This document shows, in pieces, positions 41,835-54,893 of a DNA stretch of 64,000 nucleotides. This DNA comes from Octopus vulgaris (lineage: Eukaryota), in NCBI GenBank assembly GCA_951406725.2, contig OX597829.1, positions 9,362,001 to 9,426,000 of the forward strand, read 5' to 3'. Position 1 is the first letter of the stretch, and the number at the start of each line of letters is the position of its first letter. Below the pieces are notes generated by a model that saw only the letters and a program-made list of their open reading frames with translations, was not told the origin of the DNA and did not search any database. The translations under genes were made by a program, and so were the position numbers.

Positions 41835-42645
41835 TGCTGCTACATGTGGGCAGCTGTCAGATAAGACGGCCATCTTACTGCAACGTATTTGGTAACTGTC
41901 ACGTACGGCAGTTACCAAACTACATGTTTACATGGCTATCAGGTAAGCTAACCTATACACTGCTATGTATTACTGTCAAGTGAATACGAAACAATAGGTA
42001 AGAGGCGTCACAACGCTACATGTTAATTAACTCTCAGGTAAAATCGCGTAACTTCTACGTTTTAACTAACTGTCAGGTAAGTTCGTGTAAGATCAGATAC
42101 AGTAGACTTAGAGTTAGATGTAAGAAAGCTACCAAGTAAATTAATCACTCTGTAACATATTAATTAACTGTTAAGAAAACGAGTCGCCGTTCTATGTGTT
42201 AATTAAGTCAGGTAAATTCAGCTAAGGTCAGGTAAGACACGCACTCTAGTTCACATGAAATGACTGCTAAGCTAAATTAAAGTCATAAATGACAGCCTTT
42301 ACACTGCTGCACATAAGGTTGTCAAGCAACATAGTAGGGTACTGCCCCATGGTAATCCCTGCTCTAAGACAGACTGCTGTCAGAGTAGACTGCGAAACCA
42401 AGTACATATCCGGCACATACAAGTACATACAGACCAAGTACATATCCGGCAGCTGTCATATCAAATAGTAACGCTTACTATGTGTGCCGCGTCGCTGTCA
42501 CACAAGATTGTTGTCATACTACGTGGGAATCATTGTCATATAAAAGAAACCACGGAATTTCTGGACGAGGTAAAAGAATACGTTGGCTACATGTTAACTA
42601 TGATATGAGAGGATCGCTTTGCTACATGTTAATAACTGTTATCTA
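41835..42645 (+). repeat. Highly degenerate tandem array, core CTACATGTT-N-AACTGTCAGGTAAG
   Basis: Recurring CTACATGT, CTGTCA and CAGGTAA blocks at roughly 40-bp spacing with variable spacers. Confidence 0.65.
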
Positions 42646-42990
42646 AGTCAGCTTCAAAGCTTTATTTAAATAAATTTTAAATAATCATATAAGTGTATCG
42701 TTGGGCTGCAACCATGTTGAAATACATTAAAACTTAATTTAGAAAAAAAAAAGTCTTGGAGTTATTCTGTCGATCACTTATTATTGAATTGCTAATTTAC
42801 GCGAGCATAAACAAAGCAACACCGATTATCAAGTGACAAAAGACAGCCTAAAATACACAAATATGGTTATATATATATATATGTATGTATGTGTGTGTAT
42901 ATATATATATATTTATACATGCATGTATGTATATAATCACACATACATTCACATACACACATATATACTTATATATACACATAAGTATAT

Positions 42991-43065
<75 letters not shown>

Positions 43066-43519
43066 GATATATATGTATGTGCGTATATGTTTGTGTGTGT
43101 GTGTGTATTTACACCCTCACCAAACATCTCTTGACAACCGATGCTAGTATGAATAATTTCTTGACTTACAAAGAATAAGTCCTGGAGTCGATTTGCTCGA
43201 TTAAAGGTGGTACACCCAAATGGCCGCAGTCAAATGACTGAAACAAATAAAAGAATTTAAGAATAAACGAATATATACATACATATATATGCACACACAC
43301 ATACACACTCATGACGAGCTTACGTGCAGTTTGTGCCTAGTAAAATCACTCACAAGGTTTTAGTTTATCCGATGCTAAAGTAGCAGACACATACCCAAGG
43401 CGAGATCATATACTTGCAAAGCAAAGTCTTTAAACAATCTGTCATATATATGCCAATGCGCAAGTTTCGAACCGGCAAACATTGCAATCACCAACCAACG
43501 ACGGAATCATAAGCCAAAA

Positions 43520-43990
43520 TGAAAACCACGAACTAAAGGGAATCTTGAGCCAGCGACAGAGTTTTAAACCAAAGTAGGAGTTTTAAGAGAGCATGAGTCT
43601 TCAGTCATAAATAGGGTTTTGAGAGACCTTTGAGGTAGCGAATGAATTTGGAAAGGAGAGTTTTCTTGCCCCAAAGAGAGGGTTTAGAGCGGAATAGGTC
43701 TTTAACAAGAAAATCACGTGCCAACAAAGAGATCTAGAGTTAGTAACGAAGTCTTAAGCTAACGAGACTTGAAAAACTTGAACTGACGTAGAAATTTCGG
43801 ACCAGAGTTAGACTCTTACACCAATGCGTGAGATTTAAGCTAATGAGGGAGGTAGTCACTTAGAAAATGAGAACCAACGGGAACGTTTTAACTCCAAGAA
43901 AGCGTATCCAGCTAACGAAGTAGAAGTCTTGCGATAACATTGAACTAATGGAGGAATTTAACGAATCCGTAGCCAAAATTAGAGAGCCAC
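43520..43990 (+). repeat. Degenerate ~20-bp tandem repeat (GAGTYTTRAGCYAAYGA-like)
   Basis: Recurring GAGTTTTAA/AAGTCTTAAGCTAACGA/GATTTAAGCTAATGAG units. Confidence 0.5.
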
Positions 43991-45130
43991 TGCATTTGGT
44001 GTACCTTACGTGCCGCCTTTAATATTGGACTGACACCTAAGACAATATTTTCCTTGATATACAAAGATAAAGGTAAGTTGAACTGTATTTGATTACAAGC
44101 TTGCTAGATCAGATGTCACTTGGGGTTAAATAATAGCTATAAGGAAAAAAGAAAAAAAAAGAACAGTATCGTGATTTCTGAATGTATCAAGATTTCAAAT
44201 ATAGGGGGAAAAAACGGTTACATTGTTGCTTAACTTATGGAACAACCTGTACGTGGATTGTATCTGGATTGTAGAAAGAAAAAGACGTGTTTCATATCAT
44301 TGACGAAGAATTAGGAAGAAACAAGCTCCTTAGGGAATGTTGTTGTGCATTATTTCCTTTAATAAAAGACACCTGCACATCAGTATCTGATGGCGCACAG
44401 GTAGGCAATGAGTATCAATCAACATATGTCTTCATATTCGGCAGAGAGGGAGAAATATGTGATTACATCACAAGCACGCCATTATCTGCGTGTGTCTGTG
44501 TATCTGTGTATATGTATGTCTGAGTGTTTGTGTTTGTGTGTATGTTCTTGAGTTAATGATTTAGTGTTTACATATACGTATGTGTCCATGTGTGAGTGTG
44601 GTTGCGTGTATGCATACATGAAGGTGTATACGTTTAAGAATATTGTAGAACATACGTGCAATACCTTAATTGAAAAAGTGAGATTGTTATGTGACGACAC
44701 ACAATACAAGAAAGTATTTCTCTTTCGCTCAATTCACTCTCTGTCATTCTCTCTCTCTCTCTCTTTCGATGTCTCTCCCTCTCTTTCGATTTCCATCTCT
44801 CTCTCTCTCATTATCTATAAGATTCTCTCTCTCATTCTTTCTCATTTTCTTCCTCCCGCACCCAGTGAGTCTATATAAAAATACATACATACATATACAC
44901 ATCGGTGTGTGCGTCTGGTATATGTATGCCTATTAGTGTGTATTATATATTTATCAGTCTACCTATCTATCTACCTATCTATCTATCTGTCTATCCATCA
45001 TTCTATCTACCAATAATGTATGTATGTATATGTCAAGTAGTCGTGGAAGTTTCTATGAGGGACTACGCACTATATGTATCTAAAGTAAAAAGGAACATAC
45101 GATAGTGTATTGTGTACGTTCTTGTGACAT

Positions 45131-45132
45131 GA

Positions 45133-45178
<46 letters not shown>

Positions 45179-45184
45179 GGGTAA

Positions 45185-45217
<33 letters not shown>

Positions 45218-45238
45218 GAGATAGAGAGATAGATAGAT

Positions 45239-45293
<55 letters not shown>

Positions 45294-45353
45294 ATAGATA
45301 AATAGATAGATAGAGAGATAGATATAGCAAGCTAGCTAGCTAGATAGAAATTT

Positions 45354-45426
<73 letters not shown>

Positions 45427-45427
45427 G

Positions 45428-45499
<72 letters not shown>
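45131..45499. repeat. (GATA)n array abutting the Tx1 3' end
   Basis: Direct reading. Confidence 0.95.
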
Positions 45500-45500
<1 letters not shown>

Positions 45501-45648
45501 CTTTTTATTGTAGCCACACAGGGCTAAACACAGAATAAAAATGGACGAAATACAATGTAGAATTTTTTCTTTTCGAGTCGGGATGGGTGGGGCACAAAAA
45601 AAAAGTTTGATCAAAAGGGATCTGTGGGTTGTGTGGTGTATAAAAAAG

Positions 45649-45694
<46 letters not shown>

Positions 45695-48600
45695 AAGGTT
45701 CACAGTTTAGGTGTAGCCTTGGAAAGAAAAACCTACAAAAAAGACCAAGGTCACCTCAGACAGTTCGAAAATGAACACCTGAGTAAGTCACCTTACCTCT
45801 CGTTGTCTCTTTTGGTTACAGATTTATGCTTAAAATAGTGTCGTCTTTCATACTGACCATTTTTGCCACTTTTACCCACTTTTTATTAAAACATTCGTTC
45901 GACAAAGCCTTCCTCTCTATTCTCATCCTCCTTTTCAAGTGGTACTTGAAAAAGTTGACGAGAGACTGACCAGAGAGGAAGGTGTTTGTTTGCAGTCCTT
46001 TCAAACGCGTCCACCACACACATTCTTTCGCCATAGCCATCAGCGTAACGAAAACCGTTTTCCCTTCCCGTTTAAACGAAGGTGGTGGAACAATATACGG
46101 AAGATAGACTCGGCCGATAGGCGGGCCCGACCTACACGTGACAACAGCTGTTCGACAAAGGTCCACAGCTCTGAAATATCTGGACACTGCACGAGTGCGT
46201 GCAGAACGGTTTCGTCGCTCTGAACGCATCTCGAGCAGATCGGTCCGGAGATGGTTTTCGAACCTTGTCTGTAGCTCTTCCCTCGAACAGGTAGTGCGTC
46301 TCGATAGCACTGCCAAACCAGGGATTTCTGGAAGTTATCCATAGGCCCCGGCCCGAACGTCGTCCTGAACAGGCGGGTTAGGAATTTCTCGTCGACGCCC
46401 CATGTTTGCCCCGAGTGTGTCGTCGGACCTCTCCTCCACTAGTCCTCTATAGAACGCTTTAGTCGTTTGTAAGTTGCACAAGTTTGACCCCGGTCGGCAG
46501 AGCTGCTGTAGAACTTGGCGACACTCTCGGTGCCAATCGCCCAGTTTCGGTCTCTTCTTGATCCACGTTTGCAGTTCGGTTAGTGAGACGAGCTGCGGGA
46601 AGGCGCGCCTCACAAACGGCGCCCACACCTGTTCACCGTCGTCGATGAAGTTCCAAAGATGTCGTAGTCTCAGCGCATCATCAACCACGGCATGCCCAGT
46701 CCTCCATTCAACGGATGTTGACAGCAAATGGACTTCCTCACCATCGGAACGCCACCCTTCCACAAGAAGCGGAAGAGTATGCGTTCCAGTTTGGTGAAGG
46801 TGGCGTCGGGACAAGGTACGACGGTCAGGCGGTAATCGAGGACGGATGCGATGTACGCGTTCGCCACCTCCGCCCGGCCTTTTAGAGACAGCTTTCTCTC
46901 GGCCCATGTTTGGCTGAGAGCGACCACTCTACTCGTGATCTCGTCCCAGTTCTTATCCATTTGGAGGTCCGGATTGAACAAGACCCCGAGCAATTTAACC
47001 ATTCCGTCCGTCCAGCGTCCCACTACTGAGCCGCCGTCGGACGGCATGGGCTTGCTTCTCCAGGTGCCGAGTAGCAAACTGACTTTTCCGGGTTAATTTT
47101 CGCTCCCGTCACCGTTTCGTAGTTTCTTAGTGTCTCGCCTATCATCTGGATGTGTTTGTCGCTCGACACTATGACGGTGACATCGTCCGCATATGCCGAT
47201 ACGCTCGTCCCGCAACCCAGTTCCCGTGGGATGCCCCTCAGTGCCGCCAGCTTCCGTAGTAGCAGCTCGAGAGTCAATACATACAGAAACGCCGACAGGG
47301 GACACCCCTGACGGACCGAACGCGTGATGTCAAACGGTTTCGACAGGTGACCGTTCACCCGAATCACAGATCGGATGCCGCTATACAAGGCAGCGATCCA
47401 ACCGCGGAAGACGGGACCGAAGCCAGCCGCCCTGAGGATGGCCGCCAAGTACCGATGGTCGACCCTATCGAAGGCTTTAGACTGATCCAAATTGATCAGT
47501 GCCCCACCCATGCCAGGATCCTTAACTACCCTATCCACAATGTAGCGCATCAGATGGAAGTTGTCATGTATGGTTCTGCCCGGCACAGCGCATGTTTGCG
47601 CCCTGTCGACCAGTTTACCAATGACAAGCGCCAACCTCTCGGCTATTACTTTAGCCAAAATTTTCAAATCTGCGTTGAGCAGAGTGATGGGCCTGAAATT
47701 ATCTATAAAATTCCCCTTGTTTGGGTCTTTCTTCAGCAACGTCACTGCACCTCATCTCACGAAACCGGGGATTCTCCCGTTTTGTTGCCAGTTGCAGTAG
47801 ACTAATGCCAAGAGGTCGCCAAACAAGTCTGGCATTTGACAATACAGATCGTAGGGTAAACCATCCAATCCAGACGACTTATCCCTCGCGCAGCCCGCCA
47901 TCGCATCCCGCACGTCAGCGGCTATGATGGGACTTTCACAACACTCCGCTTGTCTTGCCGAGAGCCGCGGCAGGTCGGTCAGGTAGACACTGTAATCCAT
48001 CCCGCGTTCCGACCCACCACTCGCACCAAACAGTCGAGCAAAGAAAGTGCTGTTGAAAGGCCTCACACATCCTTTCGGGCTCGAGTAAACTGCATCCCTG
48101 TTGATCTATTAGAGACCGAATGGTGGCTCTGTTGCCACGTTGCACCTCCGCTACACGGGCCTCTCGCGCAGCTTCGATCCCTTCATTCCTTAAGGCACGG
48201 ATGCTCTGACGATGCAACCCTCGTGCTTGGCGTTGAGGTGTTGGTCGAGGGCCATCCTCGCAGTTAGCACGCTGGTTGCGCTGCCAGTGGTAAGTGTCTC
48301 TTCTAGTTTCTTAACCAGGTCTCCCTCTACTCTATTTCGTTCCATCGCTAATTCCTTGCTAAACCTAATTGATTCCGATTTTATTGCCATTTTCAGGGCG
48401 TACCACCAGCGGTTGTTAACGACGGCTCTCGTCAGCCCCCTCTTAATTAACTCGCTAATCCGGTTCCTGTAAACCTGTCGCGCTAAGAGCGACGTGTTCA
48501 GTTTCCAGTAACCGGGATCCTGTCTATGTGTCTTATCTAAGTCGAGCGTACACGTCACAAATTTGTGATCTGTGTAGATGACTATTTTAAATTGTGGACA

Positions 48601-49560
48601 TCCTACACTATCCTTATCCTCTGTCCTGTCAGACAAATGGAAACGTCTGAGTAGGTCTTTGAGGCACTTACACCTCCTTCTATTCCTATCCATTCCCAGA
48701 TAATCTAGATGCGTGTCCAAGGTAGCGCTCCAATCCCCTACTAACAGTAAAGGTCTAGATGTACCCGGGAAAACCTCTAGACGTATGAAGAAATCCGCCC
48801 GACCTGTTAAGGACGGTGCATAAACTGCCATCAGACAGAATGCACACCCATTTCTGCCATCCACGTCCAAGACAACCAGCCCCGTGTCTAGGAATATTGT
48901 TCTTACTTTTACATTTAGACTCTTTCGAAAAAGCACCGCGGTACCTCCACCACACATGTTCGACAGACAGGGAGAAAAATAAATGTCGAATTGATTGCCA
49001 AACATGGACGCGAGGGCCCGCGGCTTGCTGAGTCTGGTTTCACTGATTGCTACTATATCCACGTTCAGTGACTTGATGTCGTTTAGAAGGTAACCTTGTT
49101 TCCAAGCCGACGCCAAGCCACATGCATTCACACAACCTAATTTAAGCATCATTGACGTTTACGAAAATTGTGTCTCAAACACTACATTGGAAGAGACAAG
49201 AGGCAAGAGGGAAAGTGACTTACTCATTTCGAAAGTTTCAGTTTTTTCTTCATCTTTTGTAGTTTCTTTGAGGAGGTGTTTGAATAGTTTTTTTGAGAGA
49301 TATTTTTGAAACCCGCCTACCGCATTTGGAAATATGGTTTTCAGTGTGTGGTGTTGTGTTTCTGTGATGTGTACAATTCTTATGTGTTTCGGTGGAGTGG
49401 TGCGCGGATGATTATTGGTCTTAAAGTCATCTTCGCAGATGTCCGTGTTGGATGCAATGTAATCCATTAATTTTTTATTGTCTGTGTCTATTGCAGTTAG
49501 TTGTATGTGTAGTTTTTCGGGGTCATTGATTTTTGATTGTCTAAGGGGATGCTGTCCGGG
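45500..49560 (-). mobile_element. Tx1/L1-clade non-LTR retrotransposon (ORF1 3' remnant, ORF2 and 3' UTR), frameshifted
   Basis: APE (NACGL, ISETR, VGDW, TDH, PGYWKLN), RT (GLDGLP, FRPITLLNAD, KAFDRV, VRQGCPLS, AYADD) and C-terminal CxxC..ET..H..C; AATAAA at the 3' end. Confidence 0.93.
45816..49152 (-). pseudogene. Tx1-like ORF2 (APE-RT-Cys domain), disrupted
   Basis: ORF pieces 48190-49152, 47936-48217, 47752-48066, 47023-47745, 46670-47077, 46335-46907, 46040-46342 and 45816-46316. Confidence 0.92.
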
Positions 49561-49593
49561 TTTAAATATCTCTCTGCTTTACTTACTTGTTTG

Positions 49594-49661
<68 letters not shown>

Positions 49662-49663
<2 letters not shown>

Positions 49664-49950
49664 TGTTTCTTTATTAGCCACACAGGTCTGCACACAGACA
49701 GAACAAATTACAAGGTAGAGCTTTTCTTTTGGGGAAAGAAAAAAGGTGGGGTAGGTTTTCGAGCAAAAGGGATCGTAAAAGGGAAAAAAGAAAATAAAGT
49801 GAAAAAGGAAAAGAAACAAAAGAAAAAAAACGATCAATAGGGATCGTGTATCACAGTGTCATGATGTACGGTGTAAAGGAGGAAGCAGTTAGGGTTTATG
49901 CGTGGGAAGAAAAGCCTACGAAAAATACCACCGTAACCTCGGTCAATATT
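49662..49950 (-). mobile_element. Tx1-like LINE 3' UTR, second copy, abutting (GATA)n
   Basis: TTTATTAGCCACACAGG, CAAAAGGGATC and GAAAAGCCTAC..AAAA.ACCA match 45500-45760. Confidence 0.8.
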
Positions 49951-49982
49951 GTAATATGATATGTTACATTACTCGATAGTTA

Positions 49983-50042
49983 AGATAAAACTCTGAGTTT
50001 CAGATGCCGAAGTGGGAATCCACGACATCGCTTCGGTTATTT
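49983..50042 (-). ncRNA. Hammerhead-like motif in left pLTR (CCGAAGC core)
   Basis: Reverse complement of 51500-51562 with substitutions. Confidence 0.55.
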
Positions 50043-50404
50043 GGCTATTTGAAAACTCTATGAAAAAATACCGTTATACAAAGGGAAATTACTCTGTTAT
50101 AACTCTGCTTGCCTGCGTACTTATACATCACTCGCATTTTACGCCATAAAAATTATATAAAAATACATAAAAAATATATTAAAAATATATAAAAAATATA
50201 TAAAAAGATATAAAATCTTCTTGGGACACAACATAGAAAGCATGTTCTATCTGTTTTCTTTAGGGGACCAAAAACGTAACAGAAATTTAGTCACATGTGG
50301 GCATGAACCGAAAAGTTCTGTCCTTGTGTTTAGACATGTAGTAGGGTCTAAGCTGCTTTTCCAGATAAGCCATCTCTCCATGTCGCATAGACCGCACCTT
50401 CCGC

Positions 50405-51267
50405 CCAATGATAGACTAAGTTATATTAATGTAGGTTCATGCCATCCCCCTATAGTATTCAAAAATTTAGTTAAAAATATTAGTAAGAGGATTTCTAGCC
50501 TCTCCTCTGATAAGGACATCTTCAATAGCTTTGCCCCAGTTTATAATAAGGCTTTAAAAGATAGTGGTTTTAGCGAAAAAATAAAATATACACCCATTAC
50601 TAGCCCAACAGTAAGGAAAAGGAATAATAGAAATAGGAAGGTCATCTGGTTTACGCCCCCTTACTCACCCGAGGTGGCCTTCAATATAGGTAAATATTTC
50701 CTGGCACTGATAGATAGACATTTTCCAGTTAACCATACTTATAGGAAACTCTTCAATAGACACAATTTAAAAATTAGTTTTAGTTCAACTACCAATTTTA
50801 AAAACATAATCAAACATAACATACAAAAAACACAACAAGAAAACAGCTGTTCATGCAGGAATAAAGAATTGTGCCCGCTAAATGGAGCTTGCATGTCCAA
50901 GACCATCATATATGAAGCTACCGTAAACTCTATGACCACTAAAGACACCGTTTCGACGAAGAAATACATGGGCCTTACAGAGGGTAACTTCAAGGCCAGG
51001 TTCAATAACCACACTTTGAGCTTTAGGCACTGGAACAAAAGAAAAGCGACACAATTATCTAATCATAGTTGGTCTTTAAGTGATAAAGGTGTCGATTATA
51101 ACATACATTGGAAGATTTTGGCCAGATGTAAGCCCTATACCAACGGCAGCGGAAGGTGCGGTCTATGCGACATGGAGAGATGGCTTATCTGGAAAAGCAG
51201 CTTAGACCCTACTACATGTCTAAACACAAGGACAGAACTTTTCGGTTCATGCCCACATGTGACTTAA
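50405..51267 (+). CDS. Penelope-like RT C-terminus, Cys linker and GIY-YIG endonuclease (5'-truncated, uninterrupted)
   Basis: YINVGSCHPP, WFTPPYS, CSCRNKELCPLNGAC, IIYEATV..KYMGLTEGNFKARFNNH, CGLCDME, LN.RTE...CPH. Confidence 0.88.
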
Positions 51268-51499
51268 TTTCTGTTACGATTTTGGTCCCCTAAAGAAAAC
51301 AGATAGAACATGCTTTCTATGTTGTGTCCCAAGAAGATTTTATATATTTTTATATATTTTTTATATATTTTTTATGTATTTTTATATAATTTTTATGGCG
51401 TAAAATGCGAGCGATGTATAAGTACGCAGGCAAGCAGAGTTATAACAGAGTAATTTCCCTTTGTATAACGGTATTTTTTCATAGCGTTTTCAAATAGCC

Positions 51500-51562
51500 A
51501 GATAACCGAAGAGATGGTGTTGTGGATTCCCACTTCGGCATCTGAAACTCAGAGTTTTATCT
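51500..51562 (+). ncRNA. Minimal type I hammerhead-like motif in right pLTR (CCGAAGA core)
   Basis: AGATAA-CCGAAGA-[GATG..GTGG ATTC CCAC..CATC]-T-GAAA-CTCaGAG-TT-TTATCT. Confidence 0.62.
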
Positions 51563-51963
51563 TGACTATCGAGTAATGTAACATATCATTGTATAGATAA
51601 ATTTCCTCTATTTACATAATATTGAGGTCTCTTTCTTTCCTTCGTTATCTTACCGTTTTATCAATATATATATATATATATAGTTTTATATATATGTATG
51701 TATATATATATATATATATATTTATGTGTGTATGTATATAGACATATACATATATGTTAGATAGACAGTGAGAGGGAGAGGGAGACAGAAAGAAAAAGAA
51801 GAAGAGAAAAGTGAGAGAGAGGGAGACAGAGAGATGTATATGGAATTCAAAGTGGACAATGGCAAAATATGAAAAATGAACAAGTTAAGAAATAAATTTC
51901 GCAAAATATTTCTTTCTATATTTATAAATGCATACTTACACTTACACACACAAACACACACAA

Positions 51964-51995
<32 letters not shown>

Positions 51996-52106
51996 GCAGG
52001 CACGTCGCTTAGAGTTTATGGTATTGGATTGATGGTCGTAAGATTGTGGTTACGAATTCTGGACTGGAAGATGCGTTCTATTCTTGAGCAAAGCAATTAA
52101 TTGCAC

Positions 52107-52462
52107 CGGGGTTCAGTCCCACTGCGTGGCACCTTGGGCAAGTGTCTTCTACTATAGCCTCGGGCCGACCAAAACCTTGGGAGTGGATTTGGTAGACGGA
52201 AACTGAAAGAAGCCTGTCGTATATATATATATATATATATATATGCGTGTGTGTCTTAGTGTGTCTGTGCTTGTCCCCCTAGCATTGCTTGACAACCGAT
52301 GCTGGTGTGTTTATGTCCCCATTACTTAGTGGTGCGGCAAAAGAGACCGATAGAATAAGTACTGGGCTTACAAAAGAATAAGTCCTGGGGTCGAGTTGCT
52401 CGATTAAGGGCGGTGCTCCAGCATGGCCGCAGTCAAATGACTGAAACAAGTAAAAGAGTAAA
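52107..52462 (+). mobile_element. SINE family A (5'-truncated), fused behind a family-D head
   Basis: GGTTCAGTCCCACTGCGTGGCACC ... GACTGAAACAAGTAAAAGAGTAAAG. Confidence 0.9.
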
Positions 52463-52607
52463 GTGGGTTCACTCAGGTGGGAAAAATGAGCAATTCTGCG
52501 TCGGACCGGCGCCGGCAAGTTTATCAGGTAAATTTTGATGTCAGTTGCTAGAATGCTATTTTAATATCAATATTTCAACTGTCGGGAATTCAACCAGTAA
52601 TTCTAAG

Positions 52608-53615
52608 TTCGATCAATATTATATGCGCGCGTAGATTTGTTTTTTAGAAATATATTTTACATAGAATTTTTCGGAACGAAAGGGCAAAATATCTTTAATA
52701 AAAGTTTGAAATCAAATAAATATTGCATTCATACACAACTAGTAGGACCCGTGAATATTTCAAGGAACTATTGGGAAACCGATTGCATTGCATCTCAAAA
52801 CTTTATCCAAAAAATCTCCAGAAAAGGTGTACAGGTTTATGAGACAAAATTTCATCCCATTTCCCAGCGAGCTACTTTGGCGACAGTCGAAGAGTTGTAG
52901 GATATTCGTGATTCCGAGTTCCACTGCGTTACAAGTAATTCACGAAATTATTATTATTATTATTTTCTACTCAAGTACTATTGGCCTTTTAAAAGTTGAT
53001 ATATAGTAATTTCGAGCATGACTGTTAATCTAATATTATTTATGATAGTTTGTTTATGACAACGCTCATTCGAAATTAAGCAAGTTGAAGACCCACATGT
53101 CTGTTTCAGAGTTCGATCAATATTATAGTCGCTCGTAGAACTTTTATTTCACTTAAGATTTGTTTCTTTTCAAATATATTTTGCACAAAGTTTTTCAGAA
53201 TTAAATGGCAAAATATCTTTAATTATATTTTGAAATTAAATAGATATTTCATTATTACTCAACTAGCAAGACCCGTGAATATTTCAAGGAACTATTGGTA
53301 AACCGATTGCGTTGTATCTCAAAACCAGAAAAGGTGTACAAGTTTATGAAACATAAATTTCATCCTAATTTCCAGCGAGCTACTTTGGCGACAGTCGTAG
53401 AGTTGTAGGATTGTTGTAATTCCGAGTGCGGTTGTTTTCCAGGTAGCTCGCGGAATTATTAAATTTTTTTTTTCTATTCAAGTATTATTAGCCTTTTAAA
53501 AGTTGATACATAATTATTTCTAGCATGAAGGTTAATGTATTATTCTTTTTATTAGAGTTTGTTTTTAAAAATGCTCACAGGAAATTTAGCAATTTGATGG
53601 CCGATATGTCTGATT
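52608..53615 (+). repeat. Diverged ~505-bp tandem duplication
   Basis: TTCGATCAATATTATA at 52608 and 53112; shared ACCCGTGAATATTTCAAGGAACTATTGG and CAGCGAGCTACTTTGGCGACAGTCG. Confidence 0.9.
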
Positions 53616-53916
53616 TAGAAAATTTACGGAATACTACACTATGATTCTACCAAGTATTCTGACAGATATGTGTGTGTATGTATACATGTATATATATTCG
53701 TCTATGTGATGTCGTTTATACTTTCTGTAAACCCAAGGAAACAAGTTCCCCTGGGGATACATAATATGCATGGGCGGTGGTACGTCATTGCATAAACTTG
53801 GCTTAGCCAATTCCATCAACTCATGTTCTTCGTTTCCTGCTCAAATTATAAAGCTCGAATATTAGAGAGCAAAGAATATTTTAGCAGAATATTACTTTAA
53901 ATGACGAAAATATATA

Positions 53917-54135
53917 CCTATTTCTTTACTACCCACAAGGGGCTAAACACAGAGAGGACAAACGGATTAAGTCGATTATATGGACCCTAGTACCCCACTG
54001 GTACTTATCTAATCGACCCCGAAAGGATGAAAGGTAAAGTCGACCTCGGCAGAATTTGAACTCAGAACGTAACGGCAGACGAAAAACCGCTTAGCACTTC
54101 GCCCGGCGTGCTAACGTTTCTGCCAGCTGGCCGCC
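53917..54135 (-). mobile_element. SINE family B, full length
   Basis: Reverse complement of 31641-31872, including tail GCCCCTTGTGGGTAGTAAAGAAATAGG. Confidence 0.9.
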
Positions 54136-54801
54136 TTTGATGAAAATATATACCACGAAAGGAAAACATTATCAATGCAAAAACAACAGTACAATCTACG
54201 TATATATACATGTGTGTGTGTGTGTGTTTGTGTTTGTGTGTGTGCATGTGTGTCTGTGTGTTTCTCTGTGCGTACGTGTGTAAATCTATGGAACTGAGTA
54301 AAGTTTTATAGTCTATATGTATACACCAAGTGATTTTTGCATGCGAGCAAGATTGCGTATACATATGTGTACATGTATTTGTGTGTATATTTTCGTTTTG
54401 CATTTATATGTCTGCATATGTATGTGGTCTGTGCACATCTATCAATGTATTTTGATGTATACATGTATATTGATGGTTTAGTATGAGTATATACTATTGT
54501 GAAATATTTTTTATATATTTTGATATATTTTAATTTCAATTTTTATGTATTATTTGTGTTAATCGAATTATATTTTCTACATAATTAATGGCAATATGTA
54601 TTTGAACCAAAGCTTCGATTTAAGGTTTTTCCTCGATTTTTATAATTTTATATTTTATATTGAACTCATTTATTTGTTTTGTTTAATTTTTGTTTATCGC
54701 TCGCATACGACCGTTATTCGAAAGGACCAATCACGCAAGTCCATTTTTTAAAGTGTAACTGGTGTTGATCGAATTGCCATCTCGGTTCTATTTTAACAAA
54801 A

Positions 54802-54839
54802 CTGTCCGACGAACGGAAACGTGAAACTCCGAGTAACAG
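54802..54839 (+). ncRNA. Minimal type I hammerhead-like motif (CCGACGA core)
   Basis: CTGT-CCGACGA-ACG GAAA CGT-GAAA-CTCcGAG-TA-ACAG; all three stems pair. Confidence 0.65.
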
Positions 54840-54893
54840 CTTTTGTTAAATATCTGCTGCTTTTAAATAATATATATATATATATATATATAT

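Larger units (their letters stand above)
49956..51589 (+). mobile_element. 5'-truncated Penelope-like retroelement with inverted pLTR
   Basis: ~445-bp inverted repeat 49956-50404 / 51149-51589 around RT-thumb and GIY-YIG coding sequence; an inverted 5' pLTR is a known PLE configuration. Confidence 0.9.

Noticed and set aside
41835-42645. CRISPR-like repeat-spacer appearance
   Set aside because: Eukaryotic context, highly degenerate repeats, irregular spacing and no cas genes.
50221-50404. N-terminal ~61 aa of the 348-aa ORF
   Set aside because: This is the antisense copy of the element's own 3' end (inverted pLTR), not a real N-terminus.
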